From Candidatus Latescibacterota bacterium (lineage in GTDB: Bacteria; Latescibacterota; UBA2968), in the NCBI GenBank assembly GCA_965207885.1, contig OZ242311.1, positions 32,001 to 96,000 on the forward strand: a stretch of DNA of 64,000 nt, written 5' to 3'. The position numbers were made by a program, and so were the translations under genes. Positions 1 to 9,766 of the stretch are shown here, piece by piece; position 1 is the stretch's first letter, and each line of letters begins with the position of its first letter. The notes below the pieces were generated by a model. It was not told the origin of the DNA and made no database searches. It saw only the letters and a program-made list of their open reading frames with translations.

Positions 1-274
1 ACTCGAACGCGAGCCAATCGTGTACCTGCACGACCCACTCGCCGTAGGCGCGGCCATCGCATCCGAACTCCTCCGCTCAGAAACCCTGTACATCGACATA
101 GAAACATCGGGCGACCTCACCATGGGCCAGGTCGTCACAGACCGCCGCGGCCTGCCCCCGCCCTATCGTCTTGGAGAACCCGTCAACTGCGCGATGCACG
201 TCAATGCCGAAGCATTTTTATCTCTATTTCTAACGCGGATTTTCAAAAGCGCGAATAGACGAATAGACGAATAG
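1..274 (+). CDS. Nucleoside hydrolase (IU-NH family), C-terminal part; 5' end outside the window
   Basis: YLHDPLAV motif and DIETSGDLTMGQVVTDRR are typical of the IU-NH C-terminus. Confidence 0.8.
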   Translation, partial: LEREPIVYLHDPLAVGAAIASELLRSETLYIDIETSGDLTMGQVVTDRRGLPPPYRLGEPVNCAMHVNAEAFLSLFLTRIFKSANRRIDE

Positions 275-392
275 ACGAATAGACGAATAGACGAATAGAC
301 GAATAGACGAATAGACGAATGGCGATACACGCTGATTTTGGGAGGATGGGCGGGGTTCGTTGATTCGTAGATTCGTAGATTCGTAGATTCGC
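252..392. repeat. Octamer-array inverted element, copy 1: (CGAATAGA)x8, G-rich core, (TAGATTCG)n
   Basis: Eight CGAATAGA units at 252-315, core TTTTGGGAGGATGGGCGGGGTTCG, then inverted NNNATTCG units to 392. Confidence 0.9.
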
Positions 393-398
393 ATCACC

Positions 399-1364
399 TC
401 ACGGCCTCTCTCGCAGCCTCAGATAACTCTGATAGCGTTCAAGCGAGACCTCACCATCATCCACAGCCGCCCTCACCGCGCAACTGGGTTCGTGGACATG
501 CGAACAATCGCGAAACCGACAACCGCCGAGAAACGGGTGAAAATCTCTAAAAAGAACGGGAACATCTTCGGGACTTATATCGTACAGATAAAACTCTCGA
601 ACACCGGGCATATCGCCGACAAACCCTCCCCCATCAAGCGCGACCAATTCCGTATGGGTCGTCGTATGTATGCCCTCGCCCGTAGCCTTGCTAACAGGTC
701 CTGTACGCAATTGCAATCCCGGTTGCAACCAATTGAGCAAACTCGACTTTCCAACGCCGGAAGCCCCCATAAAAAGGGTAATCTTCCCGCGCAAAAGATC
801 GAAAAACACCTCTCTACCCGCATCGGAAATAATACTGGTATAAACCACGGGATATCCCATTGCCCTGTACGGACGCATAACCCGATCTGCCCAGGCCTCA
901 TCGGCGAGATCGAGCTTATTGAGACACAGTGACACCGGTATTTGCTGCCACTCTGCAATACCCAACATGCGATCCAGCAAAATCCAATCCGGATCTGGCT
1001 CACCCGCAGACACAATGGGAACAACCTGATCGATATTGGCAGCTAAAAGCTGCTCTCTATAAGACCCGCCAGACGCGCGCCGAGAAACCTTATTACTGCG
1101 GGGACACACCTCGCGAATCATACCCCTATTATCGGCACCCTCAGAAAAAACCACGCGATCCCCAACCGCAACCGGATCAATCACGCGCACCCGCCTGACA
1201 GACTGCACGCGGCGGCGGCGCGAACCCGGCGCAGCTTCGGGATATTCGAGCTGTTTCCGCAAACGAGTCGAAAGCGCGCACATCACCACGCGATCGGCGG
1301 TCTGGACGACATAATTGCCGAGGTGATGGCGGATAACAGTACCTTCATTATCAGATTTAGACAT
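399..1364 (-). CDS. rsgA: Ribosome small subunit-dependent GTPase A
   Basis: AVGDRV OB-fold, NKLD, GASGVGKSS, HTTT, DMPG, and C-terminal CRFRDCSH..EPSCAV zinc motif. Confidence 0.95.
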   Translation of the reverse strand: MSKSDNEGTVIRHHLGNYVVQTADRVVMCALSTRLRKQLEYPEAAPGSRRRRVQSVRRVRVIDPVAVGDRVVFSEGADNRGMIREVCPRSNKVSRRASGGSYREQLLAANIDQVVPIVSAGEPDPDWILLDRMLGIAEWQQIPVSLCLNKLDLADEAWADRVMRPYRAMGYPVVYTSIISDAGREVFFDLLRGKITLFMGASGVGKSSLLNWLQPGLQLRTGPVSKATGEGIHTTTHTELVALDGGGFVGDMPGVREFYLYDISPEDVPVLFRDFHPFLGGCRFRDCSHVHEPSCAVRAAVDDGEVSLERYQSYLRLRERP

Positions 1365-1453
1365 AGCTACTCAGAGCCTTCTCACTGTAATGGACGCCCC
1401 AAAATAACGCCCGCCAGATGTACTTGTCAAGCGCCGCAGCCTTTGCAAACGGG

Positions 1454-1482
1454 TTGACATTTAACGGGGTTTTCTCCATATT
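1454..1482 (+). promoter_or_regulatory. Sigma70-type promoter candidate
   Basis: TTGACA-N17-CATATT upstream of the 1522 ORF. Confidence 0.5.
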
Positions 1483-1521
1483 TCCCCGACATTTACAGAC
1501 TGACTAAAAAAAGGAAAAATA

Positions 1522-2271
1522 ATGAGACGCGACCTCAACCCATTTTTGTCGAACTGGGATTATGACCCCACTGATATTTGTGTACGCAAAATTCAGGGCC
1601 TGGACGGACGGAAAAAATTGCAAGTACGCCTGGATCTGGGCGTAATGCAAATGGAGTTAAATGATCGGCCCGACGGAACGCGTCCGCACGGCCATTTTTC
1701 ATTGCTCGAATACTATTTAGACCAGCTCGAAGCCGAACAAGCGCAATCTGGCACAGATGAAAACTTTTATCTCGACAGAGAGGCGTGCCTCGAATTGAGT
1801 CAAGAGGGATTGTTATTTTATCACCGCTATGTCTGTCTGATGCGATTGGGCGATTTTGAAGCAGTCGCGCGCGACACCGCCCACAATCTGGCACTACTGG
1901 ATCTCGTGCGGGCTTATGCCAAAAATGAACAAGACCGGGAAATATTTGAACACTATCGGCCTTACGTACTCATGATACACACCCGTGCGCGAGGTGAAGT
2001 CTGTTTGCAAAAAGGCGATCATTCCGGTGCCCTGAATCACATTGAAAACGGAATCGACAAAATTCAAACATGTATGGCAAATTCCGGCATTGAAGCAGAC
2101 GAAGAAATCGAAGCCCTCTCGGAATGGGCCGAAGAAATAGAACGCGATCGTCCAATCACCTTGCAACAAAAACTGGCACAAAAACTCCAAAAAGCCATTG
2201 CCGAAGAGCGATATGAACAAGCGGCTCGGTTGAGAGACAAGCTCATCTCGCTGGAAAAAAACAATTTGTAA
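1522..2271 (+). CDS. UvrB/UvrC-motif-containing protein
   Basis: C-terminal LQKAIAEERYEQAARLRD UVR coiled-coil motif; RBS AAGGA. Confidence 0.75.
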   Translation: MRRDLNPFLSNWDYDPTDICVRKIQGLDGRKKLQVRLDLGVMQMELNDRPDGTRPHGHFSLLEYYLDQLEAEQAQSGTDENFYLDREACLELSQEGLLFYHRYVCLMRLGDFEAVARDTAHNLALLDLVRAYAKNEQDREIFEHYRPYVLMIHTRARGEVCLQKGDHSGALNHIENGIDKIQTCMANSGIEADEEIEALSEWAEEIERDRPITLQQKLAQKLQKAIAEERYEQAARLRDKLISLEKNNL

Positions 2272-2371
2272 AAGCCTCAACCCGGGCATCACAATGCAAA
2301 AACATCCTGATTCTAAACACCGATGTGTTTTCGAATCGGGATTTTTTGTATCTCACCTGTAAAGGCCGTCA

Positions 2372-3601
2372 ATGGGCTATGAATGGATCATAATCAGACG
2401 ACACCTCTTCAGCGTTGGTCGTCGCATGGGATTAACCACAATCATTGCCATCATCGGTGTCGGGCTGGGCGTTGGGGCACTCGTCATCACCCTATCGGTA
2501 ATGAATGGCTATGCAGACATGATCTTTGACCGCCAGGTAGGCATCAATCCCCATATAACCGTGCGGCGCCCGTACAGCGAACGCATAGAAAATTACGCAC
2601 CCATCGTCCAATTGCTCGAAAAACATCCCGAAGTAGTCGGCGCCAATCCCGTCATAGAAACAGAAGGTTATGTACTGAGCAGGGTCAAAGATGTGGGCAC
2701 TGTCACATCGGGCGTATTGGTGCGGGGCGTAGATGGCATTGTGAAAAGCAGCGACATCGCCCATCACATAACCGAAGGGAAAATGGAATTAACCCACATT
2801 GAAGGCAATACCTTTGGAATCGCAATAGGCAAAACACTCGCCGAAAAATTGGGTGCCTCCGTGGGATCAAAAATTCGCCTGCTGGCCGCCCCTAAAGACC
2901 TCACCAACATACCCCCCCTTCGACAATATGTGATAACCGGCATTTTTGAAACGGGATTTTACGAATTTGACGCCTCACTAATCTACATATCCCTCGCGGC
3001 TGCACAACGGGACCTGCAATGGGGTGACCTGGCAACGGGCATTCAAGTACGCCTCGTCAATGCATTTGAAGCCGATCGCGTCAGCGTTGAATTGCGAGAG
3101 ACATTGGCGACAACGTATTCCGATATGTTCCCCACATCGTGGATGTATGCCCAGGGCAATCTGTACGCGTGGATCCAGTTGCAAAAATGGGCGAGTTTTG
3201 TGGTCTTGAGCTTGATCGTGGTCGTCGCGGGATTCAACATCATCAGCATACTAACCATGACCGTAAATGAGCGCAGACGCGAAATTGGCATCTTAAAAGC
3301 AATGGGAGCAGCACCCAAAAGCATCGCCCAAATTTTTTCCCGTGAAGGCCTGATAATCGGCGCGAGCGGCGTGTTATTCGGCAACATATTGGGCGGGGGC
3401 CTGTGCTGGATACAAAAAGTCTATGCGCCCATATCGCTCTCCGGCGATGTTTATTTCATCAACGCCCTCCCCGTAACCATAAACATACTGGACTTCGCGA
3501 TGACCTCTGCACTGGCATTGTTATTATGCCTCGTATTTGCCCGCTGGCCCGCAAAACGAGCGGCAACACTGGACCCCGTAGAATCCATTAGATATGAATA
3601 A
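2372..3601 (+). CDS. Lipoprotein-releasing ABC permease, LolC/E family
   Basis: LSVMNG, MacB periplasmic domain, REIGILKAMGA FtsX motif, DPVESIRYE end. Confidence 0.88.
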   Translation: MGYEWIIIRRHLFSVGRRMGLTTIIAIIGVGLGVGALVITLSVMNGYADMIFDRQVGINPHITVRRPYSERIENYAPIVQLLEKHPEVVGANPVIETEGYVLSRVKDVGTVTSGVLVRGVDGIVKSSDIAHHITEGKMELTHIEGNTFGIAIGKTLAEKLGASVGSKIRLLAAPKDLTNIPPLRQYVITGIFETGFYEFDASLIYISLAAAQRDLQWGDLATGIQVRLVNAFEADRVSVELRETLATTYSDMFPTSWMYAQGNLYAWIQLQKWASFVVLSLIVVVAGFNIISILTMTVNERRREIGILKAMGAAPKSIAQIFSREGLIIGASGVLFGNILGGGLCWIQKVYAPISLSGDVYFINALPVTINILDFAMTSALALLLCLVFARWPAKRAATLDPVESIRYE

Positions 3602-4865
3602 TACCTATGAATACTTCATCGCGCGGCGACTCATGCGCGCCATGCGCCAGCAGCGTCAGATATCGTTTACCGCAGCCATAGCTATTACAGGCGTAACCAT
3701 TGGGGTTGCCGCCCTCGTAATAGTCCTGTCCGTTTTCAACGGCTTCTCGTCTCTATTGTGGGACAGCCTGTTGAGCGTAAGCCCGCATATCGTCGTACAA
3801 AAACCCCATGCACAGCCCATGCCGCCCAACGAAGAACAAATCGAACAATTAAAAAAATTGGCCTCTGTACGCGCAGCAGCACCTTTTATATCAACCGAAG
3901 GATTTGCGCTCCGGCGACCCCCTGGCGGCGAAATGATCCAGGCTGGCGTAGCCGTGCGGGGAATAGACGCCGCGCAACTGGCAAAAATTACAGACCTGAA
4001 TGCATATTTATGGGCAGGCGACCTCGACCTGAACATTCAACCACCCGACCCCGATCAGGACGCGCGCGCTACCAGACGCGCCAAAGTATATGGCACGGCC
4101 ATTGGACGCGTACTCGCAGACCGGCTCGGCGCAGTAATCGGCACCGAAATCATGCTGGGACTGGTCCCCAAAGAAGTCTTAATGGGACAACAACCGCAAT
4201 TATGGCCCTACAAAGTAACAGCCATCTTTCACACCGGACTGGATGAACTCGACTCCGCACTCGCTTTTGTATCGCTCGAAGCGGCACAACGTGACCTGGG
4301 GTGGCGCGATCAGATCTCGGGCATCCAGATTCGGCTCGCCGAGCCATTTGAAGCACATCACATCGCACCCACCCTTCCCATAGGAACGGATTTTGACGTC
4401 ATAACCTGGATGGACACACACCGCAATCTGTATGCATCCATCCGTCTGGAAAAATGGTTTAGCTCCCTGGTACTGTGTCTCATCGTAATGGTAGCCGGAT
4501 TCAATATCGTCAGCATTTTGACCATGACAGTAGGCGACAGACAGCGCGACATCGGCATATTAAAAGCAATGGGCGCAACACCGCGTGCAATTGGCAAAAT
4601 CTTCACACTCAAGGGCCTGGGCGTTGGCCTGACGGGCGTCGTCTTTGGCAATGCAATTGGCTATCTCCTGTGCTGGTCGCAACAAACCTTTGAATGGATC
4701 AAACTCCCCGGTCAAATTTACATCATCCAGGCACTACCCGTAAAAATGCTCGCCATTGATTTTGCATACATCTCTCTCGCATCTGTAGGCCTGTGCTTCG
4801 CATTCGCCCTCTTGCCCGCCCGCAAAGCCGCCTCACTTGCGCCCATCGTGGCATTGAGGGAATAA
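3594..4865 (+). CDS. Lipoprotein-releasing ABC permease, LolC/E family (second paralogue)
   Basis: LSVFNGF, RDIGILKAMGA, four-TM FtsX layout; overlaps the upstream paralogue. Confidence 0.88.
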   Translation: MNNTYEYFIARRLMRAMRQQRQISFTAAIAITGVTIGVAALVIVLSVFNGFSSLLWDSLLSVSPHIVVQKPHAQPMPPNEEQIEQLKKLASVRAAAPFISTEGFALRRPPGGEMIQAGVAVRGIDAAQLAKITDLNAYLWAGDLDLNIQPPDPDQDARATRRAKVYGTAIGRVLADRLGAVIGTEIMLGLVPKEVLMGQQPQLWPYKVTAIFHTGLDELDSALAFVSLEAAQRDLGWRDQISGIQIRLAEPFEAHHIAPTLPIGTDFDVITWMDTHRNLYASIRLEKWFSSLVLCLIVMVAGFNIVSILTMTVGDRQRDIGILKAMGATPRAIGKIFTLKGLGVGLTGVVFGNAIGYLLCWSQQTFEWIKLPGQIYIIQALPVKMLAIDFAYISLASVGLCFAFALLPARKAASLAPIVALRE

Positions 4866-4870
4866 ACACC

Positions 4871-5326
4871 ATGCAAAAGCTGAATTTCCCAACCTCATCC
4901 ACATTTGACATCGCAAACCGCGACGGAAGCGAAATGATCTTAGACCCCCTCCGTCAAAAATACGTGGTATTAACCCCTGAAGAATGGGTGCGTCAGAATT
5001 TTGTGCGATACTTAATCGAAGGATTGGGCTACCCACAGGGACGCACCGCAATCGAAACCGGATTTGTATTTCAGGGCATGCAGTGTCGCGCCGATGTACT
5101 CGTATATGACGCAAAAGGAAAAGCACTTCTAATGGCAGAATGCAAAGCCCCCGAAATAAAAATCACCCAACAGGTCTTTGATCAGATTGGGCGATACAAT
5201 ACAGTCGTACAGGCCACCTATCTCATAGTGACGAATGGCCTGCAACATTATTGCTGCGCAATTGATCGAAAAAACAACGCATATCGCTTTATAGACACAC
5301 TGCCGCGATATGGAGATATAACATAA
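4871..5326 (+). CDS. Stand-alone HsdR N-terminal (HSDR_N_2-like) domain protein
   Basis: TPEEWVRQ, RADVLV..ECKAP, QIGRYN, TNG motifs; ATG at 4871. Confidence 0.8.
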   Translation: MQKLNFPTSSTFDIANRDGSEMILDPLRQKYVVLTPEEWVRQNFVRYLIEGLGYPQGRTAIETGFVFQGMQCRADVLVYDAKGKALLMAECKAPEIKITQQVFDQIGRYNTVVQATYLIVTNGLQHYCCAIDRKNNAYRFIDTLPRYGDIT

Positions 5327-5338
5327 AAAGGAGATCTC

Positions 5339-6928
5339 ATGATTGATCTACTGAGCTTTATCGTCGTACTCTGCGTATTAATCTCCTGCGCCACAACCGC
5401 GTGGGCAGAAGGAAACCACAGCAAATTGGTATATCCGGGACCTGACGGACGGCTGGTCTATGTACCGGATGAAAAGGGCAATATAATCCCGGACTTCTCG
5501 CACTGCGGGTACATGGGTGGCGGTGTGGCACTGCCAGATATACCCGTCGTATTGACCGTTCGCCCCCAGGCCGAAGGAGACGACACAGCGCGATTGCAAG
5601 CGGCAATTGACGACCTATCTGCGCGCGCACCGGACGCCAATGGATTTCGCGGAACCTTATTACTCAAACGCGGAAAATATCGCATTGGTGGAACCCTGCA
5701 CATTCGGACAAGCGGCGTCGTACTCCGCGGTCAGGGCGAAGGTGAAAACGGCACAGCATTGATCGCAACGGGAAAAGGAAAGCGCACATTGATCGAATTT
5801 AAAGGCCAGGGACGCAGACCGCGAGAAATAGAAAACACGCGACAGAAAATCGTAGATAACTACGTCCCCGTAGGCGCAAAAATATTTTCTATAGAAGATG
5901 CTTCGAATTTCGCACCAGGCGACGCGATCATCGTACATCGCCCCAGCACCGCAAAGTGGATCGCAACCATAGGCATGGACCGCATAGAAATGAAACACCC
6001 CGGCGTTCGGCAATGGAACCCCGGCTCTTACGACTTCCACTTTGACCGCACCATAACCGCCATAAAAGGCAACCAGATAACAATCGACGCACCAATGGGC
6101 AACGCGATAGAACGCGAATACGGCGGCGGATCGATTTACAAATACGAATACCCCGGGCGCATTGAACAGGTCGGCATCGAAAACTTGCGCGGTGTATCGG
6201 AATTTGATAAAGAAAAAAAGGATCCTCGGCGAGAAAACGAATACATCGACGAAGACCACGCCTGGAACTTCGTCGTATTCTCCTATGTACAAAATGCCTG
6301 GGCGCGCGACATCACCTCGATCCACTTTGGCTATGCGTGTGTAACCATTGGCAACCAGGCAAAATGGATGACCGTACAGGATAGTCAGTGCCTCGACCCC
6401 GTATCAAAAATCACCGGATCGCGGCGCTACTCCTTCCCCATCCACGGACAATTATCCCTCGTACAACGGTGTTATACCCGACGCGGTCGTCACGATTATG
6501 TACTACACGCCCGCGTACCGGGACCAAATGCATTCGTGGATTGCGTAGCGGACATCGCGCACTCCGACACCGGACCCCATCACCGCTGGTCTGTCTGCAC
6601 CCTATTTGACAACGTAATCGTAAACGGCAACGCCATCAACGTACAGGACCGGCAAAGTTCGGGCACCGGCCACGGCTGGGCAGGCGCACAAAAAGTATTG
6701 TGGAATTGCGAGGCAGAGAGTTTTATCTTACAAAAACCCCCAACATCGCAAAATTACGCCATCGGCTGCATCGGCGAAAAACGAGATGGACGGTACAAAC
6801 GCAAAGATGGATACTGGGAATCGCATGGACAAAAAGTAGTTCCGCGCAGTCTGTACTTAAAACAACTCGAAGATCGCCTGGGCACAGAAGCCCTAAAAGC
6901 AATAGGCGCATACGGGAAGGGAGATTAA
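5339..6928 (+). CDS. Secreted beta-helix (pectate-lyase-like) protein
   Basis: Signal peptide, IPDFSHCGY, GDDTARLQAAID, GVVLRG motifs. Confidence 0.65.
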   Translation: MIDLLSFIVVLCVLISCATTAWAEGNHSKLVYPGPDGRLVYVPDEKGNIIPDFSHCGYMGGGVALPDIPVVLTVRPQAEGDDTARLQAAIDDLSARAPDANGFRGTLLLKRGKYRIGGTLHIRTSGVVLRGQGEGENGTALIATGKGKRTLIEFKGQGRRPREIENTRQKIVDNYVPVGAKIFSIEDASNFAPGDAIIVHRPSTAKWIATIGMDRIEMKHPGVRQWNPGSYDFHFDRTITAIKGNQITIDAPMGNAIEREYGGGSIYKYEYPGRIEQVGIENLRGVSEFDKEKKDPRRENEYIDEDHAWNFVVFSYVQNAWARDITSIHFGYACVTIGNQAKWMTVQDSQCLDPVSKITGSRRYSFPIHGQLSLVQRCYTRRGRHDYVLHARVPGPNAFVDCVADIAHSDTGPHHRWSVCTLFDNVIVNGNAINVQDRQSSGTGHGWAGAQKVLWNCEAESFILQKPPTSQNYAIGCIGEKRDGRYKRKDGYWESHGQKVVPRSLYLKQLEDRLGTEALKAIGAYGKGD

Positions 6929-7669
6929 ATGGCAAAACGCAAACGACGACCACAAGCGGGACCGGAATTTATGCGGCGCACACAGTTTAAGAACCTGGGC
7001 CCAACCGGTCAGGCGCGCAGAGAACCACCGCCCATGCCCGAATTGCATTACCAGGGCGAAACAATAGACCTGCCCGAACCCGCGCAGATCGAAACAACGC
7101 AAATCGACCTGCGCCAGGCCATAGACGAGCGCAAAAGCGAGCGGGTATTCTTCGATGAACCCATCACGCTGAATGAGCTAACCTACTTACTCTGGGCAAC
7201 GCAGGGCGTAAAAGAATTTGAACAGGGCGAAACATTTCGCACCGTACCATCGGCAGGTGCGCGCCACGCATTTGAAACCTATATCGTAGCGAACAACGTG
7301 GAAGGATCGGACCGCGGGTTATATCGATACCTATCTATGGGACACAAACTGGGAATAATCGACCAATCAGACGAAATTGGCGAAAGAATTGCCAACACCA
7401 CCTTGCAACCCGAACTGATCCAGACAAGTGCCGCCACATTCATCTGGACAACAGTAGCCGCGCGAATGACCTGGCGCTACGGCGACCGGGGATATCGCTA
7501 CATCCACCTCGATGCCGGCCATGTGGGACAGAACCTGTACCTGGGCGCCATGGCCGTAAACTGCCGCGCCTGCACCAGTGCGGCATTCAACGACGACGAA
7601 TTAAATCGGGCACTCAAACTCGACGGCGTCGGACATTTTGCCGTATATTTCGGCTCAGTTGGAAAGTAA
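6929..7669 (+). CDS. SagB/ThcOx-family nitroreductase
   Basis: RKSERVF, RTVPSAGARH, RYGDRGYRYIHLDAGHVGQN. Confidence 0.85.
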   Translation: MAKRKRRPQAGPEFMRRTQFKNLGPTGQARREPPPMPELHYQGETIDLPEPAQIETTQIDLRQAIDERKSERVFFDEPITLNELTYLLWATQGVKEFEQGETFRTVPSAGARHAFETYIVANNVEGSDRGLYRYLSMGHKLGIIDQSDEIGERIANTTLQPELIQTSAATFIWTTVAARMTWRYGDRGYRYIHLDAGHVGQNLYLGAMAVNCRACTSAAFNDDELNRALKLDGVGHFAVYFGSVGK

Positions 7670-7685
7670 ATAGGAGGATAACCCC

Positions 7686-8855
7686 ATGAAAATTGAAGCA
7701 ATCGACTTTCTGATCGTGAAAAGCGAACCCGTAACCCCGGAATGGCGACCATTGCGCACCATGCGGGAATATCCCGGCGCGCACAAAGTGCGATTTGGTC
7801 ATCGGCTCTTTCAAGGCGAGGGGATTCAGCTCACAAAAAGACCGGCTTACCTCACCCTGCTTCGCATCCGCACAGATGCAAACCTGGAAACCTGCGGTAT
7901 TTTTTCCATGGGCTGGGCACAGGAAGACCTCGAATGGGCAGCGCGCACATTCAAAGTACAGTGGGAACCGGAAATCACAGGCACGGACGCCCTGGACCGG
8001 GAGTATATGTGGCACAAAATGTGGATGGCGCGGCGATATTTCCACATGACATCCACCACACCGCTCGCCCTCATCGACTCCCTCCTCTGGGACCTCGCGG
8101 GCCTGCACGCACAATTACCCGTCCACAAATTGCTCGGCGGCTTTCGCAATCGCATCCCCGCCTACCTCACCGAAACCGGCATACCCTACGAAGACACGCT
8201 AAAATCCGCCCAACGGGCTGTTGACGAGGGATACAAAGGCTTCAAAGACCACTCCATGCTCGGCGTGGAAACCAACCTCGCGCTCGCCAAAGACATACGG
8301 GACCTCGTAGGCGACGAAATGGTACTCATGCACGACCCGGTACAACAATACTCTGTCGAAGATGCAATCGTAGTCGGACGCCGACTCGAAGAACTGAATT
8401 ATCTCTGGATCGAAGAACCCCTGCAGGAATTCGACATCAACGGCCTGAAGCGACTCTCAGACGCAATCGACCTTCCAGTAATGGCACTGGAATCCATCCA
8501 GGGCAACCCCTATCTCGCTGCACCGTACCTGTCAATCGGCGCCATCGACATCGTGCGCCAAACAGGACTGGGCATCACGGGACAAATGAAATTGGCCAAC
8601 CTGGCGGAAATGTTTGGACTGAACTGCCACGGAGGAAATCCCCACGTCGTAGCCGCAGTCCGAAACGACGACTGGTGGGAAGTCTCAGCCTGGCCACCCA
8701 CGGGCGCAGACAGATCCCTCGCGTCGGCATTTGCTGGCTTAATCGAAGAAACGACCGAAGTACGAGACGGCTACATGTACGTACCGCAAACGCCCGGACT
8801 CGGGCGAAAAGTCGACTGGGACCGAATCCAGGCGCAGACCGTGATGGAGATTTGA
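7686..8855 (+). CDS. Mandelate racemase/muconate lactonizing enzyme family
   Basis: LWDLAG, KGFKD, MHD, WIEEP, PGLG. Confidence 0.85.
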   Translation: MKIEAIDFLIVKSEPVTPEWRPLRTMREYPGAHKVRFGHRLFQGEGIQLTKRPAYLTLLRIRTDANLETCGIFSMGWAQEDLEWAARTFKVQWEPEITGTDALDREYMWHKMWMARRYFHMTSTTPLALIDSLLWDLAGLHAQLPVHKLLGGFRNRIPAYLTETGIPYEDTLKSAQRAVDEGYKGFKDHSMLGVETNLALAKDIRDLVGDEMVLMHDPVQQYSVEDAIVVGRRLEELNYLWIEEPLQEFDINGLKRLSDAIDLPVMALESIQGNPYLAAPYLSIGAIDIVRQTGLGITGQMKLANLAEMFGLNCHGGNPHVVAAVRNDDWWEVSAWPPTGADRSLASAFAGLIEETTEVRDGYMYVPQTPGLGRKVDWDRIQAQTVMEI

Positions 8856-8892
8856 GCGGAGCGCAATATCGTCCGTCAAATTAAAGAAACCA

Positions 8893-8929
8893 AAAAAGCC
8901 TCGTTGGTCAAATTGCCAACGAGGCTTTT
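8893..8929. terminator. Intrinsic, probably bidirectional, terminator
   Basis: AAAAAAGCCTCGTTGG-loop-CCAACGAGGCTTTT. Confidence 0.75.
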
Positions 8930-9018
8930 GAAGGAACATATCTTTCAAAATATCCCTCATCCACCGCTCAAAATATACACTCTCACCGCCAACGCTTGCA
9001 CTCCTCCATCTCCGCTTC

Positions 9019-9189
9019 AACAGGCGATCCACAAATTCAAGTTGTAAACAAGACCGCAATACTACATATTGAAGGCATAATGAGATGCATGAACTTCTTT
9101 TGAACCTTTTTATCACTCAATTTTGTGATAATCGCATTTTTGGCCTGATATTTGCTTGAGTTCTGACTGTTGTGTGTGTCCAAAAAACG
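9019..9189 (+). promoter_or_regulatory. Conserved leader, copy 1, with sigma54-type promoter (9141-9156) and TTATCAC-N8-GTGATAA palindrome (9110-9131)
   Basis: Highly similar to the reverse complement of 63180-63332; TGGCCTGATATTTGCT has GG-N10-GC spacing. Confidence 0.7.
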
Positions 9190-9224
9190 GATAGCCTGGT
9201 TTGGAAGTAACAAAAGGAGAATGT

Positions 9225-9494
9225 GTGAACGAAACTACAGAATTGAGAGACCGGCAAGGCCAACACGCGGAACGTCTGATCAGATTGGAAACGCTAATTG
9301 AACAGAACCAGGAACGTGTGAACCGCTATGAGGAAGACCAGAGGGCTTTTGTAAACCGCTATGAGGAAGACCAAAGGGCTTTTGTAAGCCGTTATGAGGA
9401 AGACCAGAGGGAAGCACGAAGCTGGCAAAAGTGGACTGTCACCCTCATGTGCGGCAGTTGGATTACGCTCATGGCGGCTATCTTTTTGAAGTAA
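9225..9494 (+). CDS. Small coiled-coil protein with C-terminal TM helix, copy 1
   Basis: RBS AGGAGA then GTG; three YEEDQR units; hydrophobic C-terminus. Confidence 0.7.
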   Translation: MNETTELRDRQGQHAERLIRLETLIEQNQERVNRYEEDQRAFVNRYEEDQRAFVSRYEEDQREARSWQKWTVTLMCGSWITLMAAIFLK

Positions 9495-9505
9495 AAGGAG
9501 AATGC

Positions 9506-9742
9506 GTGAACGAAACTACAGAATTAAGAGACCGGCAAAGCCAACACGCGGAACGTCTGATCAGGTTGGAAACGCTAATTGAACAGAACCAGGAACGTGT
9601 GAACCGTTATGAAGAAGACCAAAGGTCTTTTGTAAGCCGCTATGAGGAAGACCAGAGGGAAGCGCGAAGCTGGCAAAAGTGGACTGTCACCCTTATGTGT
9701 GGCAGTTGGATTACGCTCATGATGGCTATTTTGTTGAAGTAA
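9506..9742 (+). CDS. Small coiled-coil protein with C-terminal TM helix, copy 2
   Basis: Tandem near-identical duplicate with its own AGGAGA RBS; two YEEDQR units. Confidence 0.7.
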   Translation: MNETTELRDRQSQHAERLIRLETLIEQNQERVNRYEEDQRSFVSRYEEDQREARSWQKWTVTLMCGSWITLMMAILLK

Positions 9743-9766
9743 AAGAAAGATTGTAACTGATGTTTC

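Noticed and set aside
4871-5326. Type I restriction system
   Set aside because: Only a stand-alone HsdR N-terminal domain; no hsdM, hsdS or helicase part.
6929-7669. RiPP (TOMM) cluster around the SagB-like gene
   Set aside because: No YcaO, precursor peptide or exporter nearby.
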